DNA of 64,000 bases from NCBI GenBank assembly GCA_934120265.1, contig CAKOTU010000001.1, positions 5,395 to 69,394 of the forward strand, read 5' to 3'. Under the pieces are notes generated by a model. That model ran no database searches and had not been told where the DNA came from. It saw only the letters and a list, made by a program, of their open reading frames with translations. The translations under genes were made by a program, and so were the position numbers. This document shows positions 1 through 9,554 of this stretch, one piece after another (the first letter of the stretch is position 1; each line of letters opens with the position of its first letter). Source of the DNA: an uncultured Bacilli bacterium (GTDB taxonomy: Bacteria > Bacillota_I > Bacilli_A > RF39 > UBA660).

Positions 1-155
1 AAGAACTTGCTGATGTTTTGAATTATTGTATTCAAATGGCAAACAAATTGGGTGTTGATCCTAAACAAATAGTGTTAGAAAAAATGGAAAAGACAGCAAA
101 AAAATATCCTGTGGAAAAATCAAAAGGGAATAGTACAAAATATACGAAGCTGTAG
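1..155 (+). CDS. MazG-like nucleotide pyrophosphohydrolase, C-terminal fragment (5' end outside window)
   Basis: Frame 3 reads ELADVLNYCIQMANKLGVDPKQIVLEKMEKTAKKYPVEKSKG... to TAG at 153-155. The ELADVL...KLG.D....V..K..K..KKYP pattern is typical of the C-terminal helices of MazG/dCTPase-type all-alpha NTP pyrophosphohydrolases. The stop lies 9 nt before the next start. Confidence 0.6.
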   Translation, partial: ELADVLNYCIQMANKLGVDPKQIVLEKMEKTAKKYPVEKSKGNSTKYTKL

Positions 156-164
156 GAGGTAGTT

Positions 165-1868
165 ATGTCTAAAATTAGTACATTAAAATTTAATGAAGGT
201 ACTTCTGCTTTATTAAAGACTAAAAAATTTGGAACTAATTGGCCTGTTGTATATATTATAAATAACAATAAAGAAGCGTATATAGGTGAAACGACCGATG
301 TGAGTATTAGATCTAATCAACACTTGGCAAATGAAGCGAGAAGAAATTTAAGTAAAATTAATGTAATAGGTGATGAAACATTCAATAAATCAGCAATATT
401 GGATTTAGAATCATTTTTAATTAAATATATGTCTGCAGATCAAAAATTTAAGTTGCAAAATGGGAATGGTGGTTTACAGAATCATAATTATTATCAAAGA
501 GAAATGTATGAGAAAAAATTTAGAGAAATATGGTTACAATTGAAATCAAAAGGATTAGTTCAACATGATTTAAAACAGATTGCCAATTCAGATTTATTTA
601 AATACTCTCCATATAAAGCATTAACAACTGATCAATATATGATAGTAAATAGTATTCTTTCGGATCTTGCTGATTTGGTAAATAAAAGAGAACCAGGAAC
701 CTTTGTTGTAGAGGGTGGGGCAGGAACAGGAAAAACAATACTTGGTATTTACATCTTGAAAATGTTATCACAAGCAAAAGATGCTTCCCAAATTGAAATA
801 GAAGAAGATCAGGTTGAACAAAATTTATCTGAAATATTAAAAATTAATGATGCTGTAGATGATTTAAAAATAGGATTGGTTATTCCTATGGAAAATTTAA
901 GAAGTACATTAAAGAAAGTATTTAGAAACATTAAGGGGTTAAAATCTAACATGGTATTAAGTCCTAATGATGTTGGCAAGAGTGACGAAAAATATGATTT
1001 GCTAATTGTTGATGAAGCTCACAGATTAAGAAGAAGAAGGAATCTTACTCAATACAGAACATTTGATAAAAATAATAGAAAAATGAATTTAGGTAATAAG
1101 GGAACTGAGTTAGACTGGATTTTATTAAAAAGTAAATATCAAATATTTTTCTATGATGAGGATCAATCTATTAAACCAACTGATGTTAGAAAAGAAGATT
1201 TTGACAAATTAATGATAAAAAAGAACTATCATCCTTATCATTTAACAGCTCAATTAAGATGCTTAGCAGGTGGCAATGAGTATATAGATTATGTAAAAGC
1301 AATATTCAGTAATAATCCACCAAAAAAGAGAATGAATTTTAAAAACTATGATTTAAAAATGTTTGATAATGTTAATGATATGATTGAAATTATAAAAGAA
1401 AAAGACAAAGAATATGGATTGTGTAGAAATATTGCGGGATATGCATGGCCTTGGAATTCTAAGGGAAAAAAAGAACCTCTTCACTCAAACAAGAATACTT
1501 TAGAAAACGGATTATATGATTTAGAAATAGACGGATATAAATATATATGGAATTCACAAGCACATGATTGGATTAATTCATCAAACTCAATAAATGAAAT
1601 TGGAAGTATACATACTACTCAAGGATTTGACTTAAATTATACAGGGTTAATTATAGGAAATGAATTAAAATATGATAATAAAAATAATTGCTTTACTGTT
1701 GATAAAAAGAATTATTATGATACAAAAGGCAAGGCTAATGCAACAGATGAAGAATTATTAAAATACTTATTAAATATTTATTGTACGATGATGACTCGTG
1801 GAATGCTTGGAACATATATTTACGTATGTGATGAAAATTTAAGAAAGTATCTAAAAAAATATATATAA
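165..1868 (+). CDS. GIY-YIG nuclease domain fused to a DUF2075 (Schlafen-group-3-like) P-loop ATPase/helicase domain
   Basis: The N-terminus WPVVYIINNNKEAYIGETTDVSIRSNQH fits GIY-YIG. Walker A is GGAGTGKT and Walker B is LLIVDEAHRL. The C-terminal TTQGFDLNYTGLIIG and MTRGMLGTYIY resemble the SF1-like motifs of DUF2075 proteins. RBS GGAGG lies at 155-159. Confidence 0.75.
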   Translation: MSKISTLKFNEGTSALLKTKKFGTNWPVVYIINNNKEAYIGETTDVSIRSNQHLANEARRNLSKINVIGDETFNKSAILDLESFLIKYMSADQKFKLQNGNGGLQNHNYYQREMYEKKFREIWLQLKSKGLVQHDLKQIANSDLFKYSPYKALTTDQYMIVNSILSDLADLVNKREPGTFVVEGGAGTGKTILGIYILKMLSQAKDASQIEIEEDQVEQNLSEILKINDAVDDLKIGLVIPMENLRSTLKKVFRNIKGLKSNMVLSPNDVGKSDEKYDLLIVDEAHRLRRRRNLTQYRTFDKNNRKMNLGNKGTELDWILLKSKYQIFFYDEDQSIKPTDVRKEDFDKLMIKKNYHPYHLTAQLRCLAGGNEYIDYVKAIFSNNPPKKRMNFKNYDLKMFDNVNDMIEIIKEKDKEYGLCRNIAGYAWPWNSKGKKEPLHSNKNTLENGLYDLEIDGYKYIWNSQAHDWINSSNSINEIGSIHTTQGFDLNYTGLIIGNELKYDNKNNCFTVDKKNYYDTKGKANATDEELLKYLLNIYCTMMTRGMLGTYIYVCDENLRKYLKKYI

Positions 1869-1870
1869 AA

Positions 1871-1902
1871 AAGTTTATAAAAAATCTTTATAAACTTTTT
1901 TT
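1871..1902. terminator. bidirectional rho-independent terminator between convergent genes
   Basis: Perfect 11-bp stem, AAGTTTATAAA (1871-1881) with TTTATAAACTT (1887-1897), and a 5-nt loop. An A-run precedes it and a T-run follows. Confidence 0.7.
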
Positions 1903-1907
1903 ATACA

Positions 1908-2474
1908 TTAAAGTATTTTATCAATAATACCATATTCTAGGGCTTCATGAGCATCTAAGAAATAATCTCTTTCGGTATCAAGTTCAACTTTTTCTAATTT
2001 TTGTCCAGTATTTTTAGCAAGCATTCTGTTAAGTTTATTTTTAAGCTTAATAATTCTTTCTGCTGCAATTTTTATTTCTGTAGCTTGACCTTGTGCACCA
2101 CCTAAAGGTTGATGAATCATTACTTCACTATTTTCTAAACAACATCTTTTTCCTTTTTTTCCACAGCTTAATAAAAATGCAGCCATACTAGCAGCCATAC
2201 CAATACAGATAGTAGATACATCACTTTTTATAAAGTTCATAGTATCTAATATGGCCATACCAGCAGTTACCGATCCTCCTGGGGAATTAATATATAAACT
2301 AATATCATTATTATTAATAGAATCTAAATATAAAAGTTCTGCTACAACAACATTAGCAACTTCATCAGTTATTTCACCACTAAGAATTACAATTCTATCT
2401 TTTAAAAGCCTTGAATAAATATCATAGGCACGTTCATAATTATTATTTTTTTCCACAATAGTAGGTATAATCAT
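1908..2474 (-). CDS. clpP: ATP-dependent Clp protease proteolytic subunit
   Basis: Full-length ClpP pattern: [20 protein letters not shown], catalytic Ser in GMAASMAA and His in MIHQPLGG. Confidence 0.95.
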   Translation of the reverse strand: MIIPTIVEKNNNYERAYDIYSRLLKDRIVILSGEITDEVANVVVAELLYLDSINNNDISLYINSPGGSVTAGMAILDTMNFIKSDVSTICIGMAASMAAFLLSCGKKGKRCCLENSEVMIHQPLGGAQGQATEIKIAAERIIKLKNKLNRMLAKNTGQKLEKVELDTERDYFLDAHEALEYGIIDKIL

Positions 2475-2591
2475 TTTATCATCTCCTAATGTTATAATAG
2501 TGTTAATAAAGTAAATTTATACATGAAAAAAAGTGACAAAATACTTAAAATTTGTTAAAATGTAATTGTAAAAATAGAAAAGAGGAACATA

Positions 2592-3596
2592 ATGATAAAA
2601 GTAGCAATTAATGGTTTTGGAAGAATTGGTAGATTAGTATTTAGAATTATGGAAGAAGATCCAGAGTTTGAAGTAGTTGCAATTAATGATTTAACAGACG
2701 CTGAACAACTTGCATATCTTTTAAAATATGATACTAATCATCGTAACTATCGTGTTAATGATATAAGTTTTGAAGGTAATGAAATTATTGTAGGAAATAG
2801 AAGAATTAAAGTATTCGCTGAAATGGATCCTACTAATTTACCATGGGCTGAATTAGGCGTTGATGAAGTGTTTGAATGTACTGGACATTTTACAAAGAAA
2901 GAAGCAGCAATGGCTCATATTACAGCTGGTGCTAAAAAAGTTATTATTTCCGCACCTGCTAAAGGAGATTTAAAAACAATTGTTTATAATGTTAATGAAG
3001 ATATCTTAGATGGAACTGAACAAATTATAAGTGCTGCAAGTTGTACAACAAACTGTCTTGCTCCGGTTGCTAAAGTAATTAATGATGAATTTAAAATAGT
3101 AAAAGGATATATGACTACAGTTCATGCTTATACAAATGATCAAACTATTCTTGATGTAGCTCATAAAAAAGGAATTAAAGCTCGTCGTGGACGTGCTGGA
3201 GCAATGAATATAGTGCCATCTTCTACAGGAGCTGCTAGTGCTTTAGGATTAGTTATTCCTGACCTTGCTGGGAAATTAGATGGAAGCGCATTACGTGTTC
3301 CAACTCCTACAGGCTCAGTTGTTGATTTAACACTAGAGTTAGGACGTAATACAACCGTAGAAGAAATAAATAATGTAATAAAAAGTCATACTAGTGAAAC
3401 ATTAGGATTTACAATGGATCCAATTGTTTCTACAGATATTATTGGTTCACATTTGGGTGGACTTGTTGATGGACTTCTAACTAATGTTTTAGAAGTAGAC
3501 GGAAAACAATTAGTTAAAGTAGTTGCGTGGTATGACAACGAGATGGGATATAGTTCCCAAATGGTTAGAACTGCTAAATATTTAATGAAAAAATAA
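2592..3596 (+). CDS. gap: glyceraldehyde-3-phosphate dehydrogenase (type I)
   Basis: INGFGRIGRLVFR Rossmann N-terminus, catalytic SCTTNCLAP and WYDNEMGYS. Confidence 0.95.
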   Translation: MIKVAINGFGRIGRLVFRIMEEDPEFEVVAINDLTDAEQLAYLLKYDTNHRNYRVNDISFEGNEIIVGNRRIKVFAEMDPTNLPWAELGVDEVFECTGHFTKKEAAMAHITAGAKKVIISAPAKGDLKTIVYNVNEDILDGTEQIISAASCTTNCLAPVAKVINDEFKIVKGYMTTVHAYTNDQTILDVAHKKGIKARRGRAGAMNIVPSSTGAASALGLVIPDLAGKLDGSALRVPTPTGSVVDLTLELGRNTTVEEINNVIKSHTSETLGFTMDPIVSTDIIGSHLGGLVDGLLTNVLEVDGKQLVKVVAWYDNEMGYSSQMVRTAKYLMKK

Positions 3597-3659
3597 AAAA
3601 GAGGCTAAGAACTCTTTTTTATATTGAAAAAAATTGATATAATGGATATGGTGATAATT

Positions 3660-4682
3660 ATGAAAAATAAAAGAGCGTTTACACTAATTGAAATGATTGG
3701 AATTATAACTATTCTAGCATTAATCATGTTAATAGCGTTGCCATCAATGACTAAAACATTAAAAAGAAATGAACAAAAGAAATATGATAACTATATAAAT
3801 AATTTAAAATTAGTTTCAGAAAATTATTTAGTTGATCAATTACAAAAAAAGAATGTCACTTTTAATAATGACGTGACGTATTTTAGCTTGGGTGATATCA
3901 TTGACGCTGGGTATGTAAAAGACGTTATAACAAATCCTAATAATGATAAAAAGATATCAAGAGATACAAGGATTAAAGTTACACAAAATATAGATAGTAC
4001 ATATTCGTTTGAAGTTCAAGAATATTATAATAATATTTCAGATTATAATAAAGAAGATTTGATAATACACTATGATGCAGTTAAGTATACCGGAGGAAGT
4101 AAGTTTATAAATAATACAAATGAGGTAGACTATGATTTAGGAAGTAATGTGACTTGGACGGAAGATGGAATGTTGTTTGAAAACCAGACTGCTCCCGTTA
4201 TAGATTTAAATAAAAAGTATTCTACAGATAGTATTACTGTTAGTTTTAATGTTAAAAGTTTAGATGAATTAGGAAGCTGTGGTAGTTGTTATACTTGGCC
4301 TTTATATCTAAATAATTATGATAGTTCAACAAACAGTGAGACGATAACACAGTTTGCTTTTAGAAAATCAGTTTTCTTGCTTTATGGTAGTGGAAATAAC
4401 ACAGTTTTAAATTCAACTTCTTTAGAAAAAAATAAAAATTATACTATCACATTTGTTCAAGAAGGCTTAACAACAAGAAGAGTATATGTTAATGGTAAAT
4501 TAGCAAATAATTTATCATCAAAAACAGGCTTAAGTTTAAGTACTATAGTTTATAATAGAATACAGTTAAGACCAAAACTATATGATTTAAAAATAAATAA
4601 TCTATTAATCTATAATAGAGCTTTATCTAGTGATGAAGTACAAACTTTATATAATCTTGATAAAGAGAGATTTGGGGAATAA
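3660..4682 (+). CDS. prepilin-type N-terminal cleavage/methylation domain protein with C-terminal LamG (concanavalin A-like lectin) domain
   Basis: MKNKRAFTLIEMIGIITILALIMLIALPS is a class III (type IV pilin) signal. The C-terminal ...LIYNRALSSDEVQTLYN is the characteristic end of Laminin_G_3-type domains. I prefer the ATG at 3660 to the track's TTG at 3624. Confidence 0.75.
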   Translation: MKNKRAFTLIEMIGIITILALIMLIALPSMTKTLKRNEQKKYDNYINNLKLVSENYLVDQLQKKNVTFNNDVTYFSLGDIIDAGYVKDVITNPNNDKKISRDTRIKVTQNIDSTYSFEVQEYYNNISDYNKEDLIIHYDAVKYTGGSKFINNTNEVDYDLGSNVTWTEDGMLFENQTAPVIDLNKKYSTDSITVSFNVKSLDELGSCGSCYTWPLYLNNYDSSTNSETITQFAFRKSVFLLYGSGNNTVLNSTSLEKNKNYTITFVQEGLTTRRVYVNGKLANNLSSKTGLSLSTIVYNRIQLRPKLYDLKINNLLIYNRALSSDEVQTLYNLDKERFGE

Positions 4683-4683
4683 T

Positions 4684-5868
4684 ATGAAAAAAACAATAAG
4701 AGATTATGATTTAAATAATAAAAAAGTAATTATTAGATGTGATTTTAATGTTCCCATCAAAGATGGAAAAATAACTGACGATAATCGAATTAAAGAAAGC
4801 CTAGAAACTATTAAATATGCTATGGATAATAATGCTAAAGTAATATTAATGTCTCATCTAGGAAGAGTAAAGACAGAAGAAGATAAAAAGGATAAATCTT
4901 TAAAAGTTGTAAGTGATAGACTAAGTGAATTATTGAAAAAGCCTGTTATTTTTGTTGACGTAACTCGTGGTGAAAAGCTAGAGTCAGCAATTAATAACAT
5001 GAAATCTCAAGATGTATTACTTATGGAAAATACTAGATATGAAGATGTTGATGGTAAAAAAGAAAGTGGAAATGATTTAGAACTCGGAAAGTACTGGGCA
5101 TCACTAGGTGACATATTTATTAATGATGCTTTTGGTACTTGTCATAGAGCTCATGCTTCTAATGTGGGTATAGCGTCACATCTTCCAAGTGGTATAGGAT
5201 TTTTAGTAGAAAAAGAATTAAATGTTTTGGGAAAAACATTAGAAAACCCTAGCAGACCTTTTGCTGTTATTCTTGGTGGTTCTAAAGTTAATGATAAAAT
5301 AAAAGTAATAGAAAATCTTGTTACTAAAGCTGATTACATATTAATTGGTGGTGGAATGGCTTTTACATTTTTAAAGGCTAAAGATATAGAAATAGGTAAA
5401 TCAATATTAGATGAAGAAAATATTTCATTTTGTAAAGAAATGATGAATAAGTATCCTGATAAAATAATTTTACCAATTGATACTGTTTGCAGTAAAAAGA
5501 TAGATGAAGAATCAGAATTTGAAAATAAATTTATTACAGATTTAAAATCGGATGATATAGGACTAGATATTGGTTTTAATACTGTTAAGTTATTTTGTGA
5601 ATATTTAAGTGAATGTAAAACAGTGATATGGAATGGCCCTGTTGGTATGTGTGAACTAAAAAATTATCAAGATGGCACTAAAAAGTTATGTGAATTTTTG
5701 TCAAAACTAAATTCTAGTGTTATAATTGGTGGAGGAGATACCGCTGCCGCAGTAATATCATTAGGATATAAAGATAGTTTTACGCACATTTCTACAGGTG
5801 GAGGAGCTTCCTTAGAATTAATGGAAGGAAAAGTTTTACCGGGAATTGATATAATAAATGAAAAATAG
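4684..5868 (+). CDS. pgk: phosphoglycerate kinase
   Basis: KKVIIRCDFNVP, MSHLGR and the C-terminal STGGGASLE motif. The ATG at 4684 follows the upstream stop by 1 nt; the track ORF's extra 18 codons overlap the previous gene. Confidence 0.95.
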   Translation: MKKTIRDYDLNNKKVIIRCDFNVPIKDGKITDDNRIKESLETIKYAMDNNAKVILMSHLGRVKTEEDKKDKSLKVVSDRLSELLKKPVIFVDVTRGEKLESAINNMKSQDVLLMENTRYEDVDGKKESGNDLELGKYWASLGDIFINDAFGTCHRAHASNVGIASHLPSGIGFLVEKELNVLGKTLENPSRPFAVILGGSKVNDKIKVIENLVTKADYILIGGGMAFTFLKAKDIEIGKSILDEENISFCKEMMNKYPDKIILPIDTVCSKKIDEESEFENKFITDLKSDDIGLDIGFNTVKLFCEYLSECKTVIWNGPVGMCELKNYQDGTKKLCEFLSKLNSSVIIGGGDTAAAVISLGYKDSFTHISTGGGASLELMEGKVLPGIDIINEK

Positions 5869-5945
5869 ACTTATTGTACCGCTTTTTACAGTGTATACAA
5901 TGAATATGATTCATGGTAAAATGAAAAAAATAGGAATAGTCAAAT

Positions 5946-6974
5946 ATGAAAAAACTCTTACAAAATAAAAAAATAAGTTTTGCGTTTTTAATTGTATTAA
6001 CAGGTATTGTATTATTTTTTTCACTCAAAGATAATTTTTTTGAAACACTAGAGCAAATTAAAAACATGAACTTTTTGTGGCTTTTTGTTGCTATTTTATT
6101 ACTAGTTGGTTATTGGTTATTTTCATCGTTAGCAATGAAACTTATAACTAATAAATTTAATGATAAAATAAAAATAGGAAAGATATTTAAATTAAATGTT
6201 GTAACACAATTTTTTAATGGCATAACACCTTCATCTTCAGGAGGTCAACCATATCAAATTTATGCATTAAAAAAGTCAGGACTGACTTTAGTAGATAGTA
6301 CTAACGTTTCAATTCAAACGTTTGTGTGTTACCAATTTGCTCTTGTTTTACTTGGCTTTGTTGCTATCATATTTAATAAGGCACTTGGTTTATTTACGAA
6401 AATTGATTTTTTGAAAATATTAGTAATAGTTGGTTTTACTGTTAATATTGCGATTGCAGCATTTCTATTTGCGATTACAATCACTAAAAAAATGAATAAA
6501 AAAATAATTAAATTTGTAATTAATATTGGTTATAAATTAAAAATAATCAAAAACAAAGAGAAAGCAAGCAAAAAATTAAATGATAGTATAGATCAGTTTC
6601 AACAAGGAACTTATTTATTACTACAAGATAAAAAAATGTTATTACTAGCAATTTTATATCAATTATTAGGCCTTATAAGCTTATATTCTATACCAGTAAC
6701 ATTGTTGTTTGGTATGGGAGATTACTATAGTATAAATTTAGGATTATCTATAGTAGCAACTGCCTATGTTATGGTTGCAGGTTCTTTTGTTCCACTTCCA
6801 GGTGGAACTGGAGGACTAGAATATGCTTTTGTTTCATTCTTTGGTAATTTCATAGAAGGTAGTAAATTAACTGCTTTAATGATAATTTGGAGGTTTATTA
6901 CTTATTATTTAGGAATGATAATTGGTGGTATAATGTTAAATATAGGAAAAAAGGAGACGACAGATGGAAAATAA
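5946..6974 (+). CDS. flippase-like / lysylphosphatidylglycerol-synthase transmembrane-region family membrane protein (UPF0104)
   Basis: About 8 predicted TM helices with PSSSGGQPYQ and LPGGTGGLEY motifs typical of this family. The 3' end overlaps the tpiA start by 11 nt. Confidence 0.6.
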   Translation: MKKLLQNKKISFAFLIVLTGIVLFFSLKDNFFETLEQIKNMNFLWLFVAILLLVGYWLFSSLAMKLITNKFNDKIKIGKIFKLNVVTQFFNGITPSSSGGQPYQIYALKKSGLTLVDSTNVSIQTFVCYQFALVLLGFVAIIFNKALGLFTKIDFLKILVIVGFTVNIAIAAFLFAITITKKMNKKIIKFVINIGYKLKIIKNKEKASKKLNDSIDQFQQGTYLLLQDKKMLLLAILYQLLGLISLYSIPVTLLFGMGDYYSINLGLSIVATAYVMVAGSFVPLPGGTGGLEYAFVSFFGNFIEGSKLTALMIIWRFITYYLGMIIGGIMLNIGKKETTDGK

Positions 6975-7695
6975 AAAATTAGTTGTTGCAAATCTAAAAA
7001 TGGATATGGATGCGACAGAAGTTAGTGAGTATTTAAAAAGCATTGTTGGAAAGATTAATAACTCAAATATTATTATTTGTCCTTCTGCTATTTATGTTCC
7101 TTATTTCTTAAAACATCGCTTTAGTATTGGTATGCAAAATGTATGTGAAGAAAATAACGGTAATTATACTGGTGAAGTTTCTGCTCGTCAGGCTGCATCG
7201 CTAGGAATAAAATATTCATTAGTTGGTCATAGTGAAAGAAGAATTAATTATTATGAAGACAATGATTCAATTAGTAGAAAAATAAATAGTCTACTTAAAA
7301 ATAATATGACCCCCATTCTATGTGTTGGCGAAACAAATGAGGAAAAGAATTTATTGAAAACAAATAAGGTTTTAAAAAGCAAGCTAGTATCTTGCTTAGA
7401 AAATGTAAATAAAGAAGATATCTCAAAAATAATTATATCTTATGAACCAATATGGGCTGTTGGAAGTAAGAGAATCCCAACAATGGCAGAGATAAAAAAT
7501 ACTGTCAAATATATAAAAGAATTAATAAAAAAAATATATGGCATTGATATCAAAGTTATATATGGAGGTAGTATTAATTCAAACAACATCGAAAAGATAA
7601 AAAAAATTGAGTGTTTAGATGGAATTATGATAGGATCTAGCTCAACAGTTGCCTCAGAATTTATGAAAATTTTAGAAGTTATTGATCATGAATAA
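6964..7695 (+). CDS. tpiA: triose-phosphate isomerase
   Basis: VVANLKM, GHSERR, catalytic YEPIWAVGS and YGGSI. RBS AGGAGA lies upstream. Confidence 0.9.
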   Translation: MENKKLVVANLKMDMDATEVSEYLKSIVGKINNSNIIICPSAIYVPYFLKHRFSIGMQNVCEENNGNYTGEVSARQAASLGIKYSLVGHSERRINYYEDNDSISRKINSLLKNNMTPILCVGETNEEKNLLKTNKVLKSKLVSCLENVNKEDISKIIISYEPIWAVGSKRIPTMAEIKNTVKYIKELIKKIYGIDIKVIYGGSINSNNIEKIKKIECLDGIMIGSSSTVASEFMKILEVIDHE

Positions 7696-7710
7696 CTTCT
7701 TTTTATTTTT

Positions 7711-7727
7711 TTCGACAAAATTCGACA
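7711..7727. promoter_or_regulatory. two tandem perfect Spo0A boxes (TTCGACA = reverse complement of TGTCGAA) spaced 10 bp apart, upstream of spo0A
   Basis: TTCGACAAAATTCGACA occupies 7711-7727. A degenerate third copy TTCGTTC is at 7741-7747 and a TATAAT at 7772-7777. Confidence 0.6.
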
Positions 7728-7807
7728 AAACTAGCTATTTTTCGTTCTAGCACAAATCAAACCTTTAGTAGTATAATAAAAACATATGAATAGATAGGAG
7801 AACAAAT

Positions 7808-8581
7808 ATGGAAAAAATAAAATTATTAATGATAGATGATAACGTGAACTTAGTTAAAATGGTTCAAGAATATTTTAGTACTAATGAAAATATTTCATTA
7901 GACATTACTGCTTATGATGGTGCAGAAGGAATAAAAATTATAGAAGAAAGACAAAACGATTATGACATAATATTACTTGATTTAATTATGCCTAAAAAAG
8001 ACGGATTATATGTTCTAGAAGAAATGCAAAAGAGGGGCATAAATAAAAAAGTTATAGTGGAAACTAGCTATAATGCTAGTGAAGTAATTAAAGAAGTCGC
8101 AGAGTTTGGAGTAAATTATTTTATTTTAAAACCATTTGAACTAGCTGATTTAGAAAAAAGAATATTAGATACTGTTAAAACAAAAACCAATACTAAAAAA
8201 GAAATAGATTTTTATAATAGTAATTTACAAGTATCAATAACAAAAATATTACACGAATTAGGAATTCCATCACATATCAAAGGATATCAATATATTCGTG
8301 AAGGTATAGGAATAATTTTTGATCATCCAGAAACGATTGGTGGAATAACAAAGGAATTGTATCCAGAACTAGCCACAAAATTTGATACAACAGTTTCACG
8401 TGTAGAAAGAGCAATAAGACACGCAATTGAAGTTAGCTGGAATCGTGGTAGTTGGGATTTGATGGAAGAGATATTTGGTCATAGCGTTGATATAGATAAA
8501 GCTAAACCAACTAATTCTGAATTTATTGTAACAATTGCTGATAAATTAAGATTAGATTATTATAAAGTTGGTAGTGTTTAG
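7808..8581 (+). CDS. spo0A: sporulation master response regulator Spo0A
   Basis: Receiver domain (DDN...LLDLIMP) plus the diagnostic Spo0A C-terminal DNA-binding region IPSHIKGYQYIREGI...SRVERAIRHAIEVSWNRGS. Confidence 0.95.
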   Translation: MEKIKLLMIDDNVNLVKMVQEYFSTNENISLDITAYDGAEGIKIIEERQNDYDIILLDLIMPKKDGLYVLEEMQKRGINKKVIVETSYNASEVIKEVAEFGVNYFILKPFELADLEKRILDTVKTKTNTKKEIDFYNSNLQVSITKILHELGIPSHIKGYQYIREGIGIIFDHPETIGGITKELYPELATKFDTTVSRVERAIRHAIEVSWNRGSWDLMEEIFGHSVDIDKAKPTNSEFIVTIADKLRLDYYKVGSV

Positions 8582-8624
8582 AATAAAAATGTGTTATAAT
8601 TTGTTTTAGGGGGAGAAATAAATT

Positions 8625-9506
8625 ATGGATAATTCTAAATATTTATTTGTTGTAAATCCTAAAGCGGGTAAAAAAAAGGGATTGCAAATTTTTAACAGAA
8701 TTCTTCGTTTTGCTTATGAATCAAAAGAAGAAGATAATTTAAGTTGGATGTGCACCAGTGAAAATAAAGAAATAACTAAAAGAGATATTTCTTGTCGCCT
8801 AAAAGATAATCCTAATTTAACTGTATATTCTGTAGGTGGAGACGGAACATTAAACGATGTAATAAATAGTGTTGATAGTGGCACTAGACTTGGGATAATA
8901 CCTATAGGATCTGGTAATGATTTTTACCGTGTTAGTAGTAAGATAAAAGGTGATAGAAAAATAAATTTAGGAGTTGTAAACGGGCGCAAATTTATCAATA
9001 TAGCATCTTTAGGACTTGATGCTAGAATCGCTGATAGAGCAAATTATTTAAAAGAAAATTATAAAAAAACGTTAATATATTTTAGAGCTATTTTAAGTAT
9101 TATTAAAGATAATAGATCTATAGAGTATACAATTAATGGAGAAAAAGATAAATCTACAGTTCTTGTTATTGGTAATGGTAAATATTATGGCAACGGTGTA
9201 CCAATTAACCCCAAATATGATTTAAGTAGTAATTATTTAAATATAATAAGTGTTCCCGAATTAAAAGACAGACAAATAATAAAATTTATATTAAAAGCAC
9301 TTATGGAAAAACATATAGATGATCCAATGATAAATCATTATATGGCAAAAAAATTAAGTATAATATCTGATGAGGAATTATTATGTAACATTGATGGAGA
9401 AATAATGACATCTAAAGAATTTAATTTTGAAGTTATAGAAGATGGTATTACTTTAACTAATGATTACCCTCAATATGTAAAAAAAGCAATTAATTTGATT
9501 AAATAA
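8625..9506 (+). CDS. diacylglycerol/lipid kinase family protein (YegS/BmrU-like)
   Basis: NPKAGKKKG N-terminus, YSVGGDGTLNDVIN and PIGSGNDF motifs. Confidence 0.8.
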   Translation: MDNSKYLFVVNPKAGKKKGLQIFNRILRFAYESKEEDNLSWMCTSENKEITKRDISCRLKDNPNLTVYSVGGDGTLNDVINSVDSGTRLGIIPIGSGNDFYRVSSKIKGDRKINLGVVNGRKFINIASLGLDARIADRANYLKENYKKTLIYFRAILSIIKDNRSIEYTINGEKDKSTVLVIGNGKYYGNGVPINPKYDLSSNYLNIISVPELKDRQIIKFILKALMEKHIDDPMINHYMAKKLSIISDEELLCNIDGEIMTSKEFNFEVIEDGITLTNDYPQYVKKAINLIK

Positions 9507-9554
9507 TTGTTTTCTTTTTTTTTTTAGTCTATAATAAAAATAGGAGATGATGCT

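Noticed and set aside
3624-3659. Upstream alternative starts in the ORF track for several genes: 3624 for the LamG pilin, 4630 for pgk, 20789 for the P-type ATPase, 22991 for the ASCH gene, 50588 for ABC-F, 53604 for tig and 57131 for fmt.
   Set aside because: In each case an internal ATG with a better-placed GGAGG/GGTGAT-type RBS matches the conserved N-terminus of the family. The upstream extension overlaps the previous gene or a terminator.
9514-9525. T12 homopolymer between the lipid kinase gene and the gpmI promoter -10 (TATAAT at 9530-35).
   Set aside because: Long A/T runs are common throughout this AT-rich window and it may simply be part of a terminator tail. This is unlike the compositionally anomalous G10 tract.
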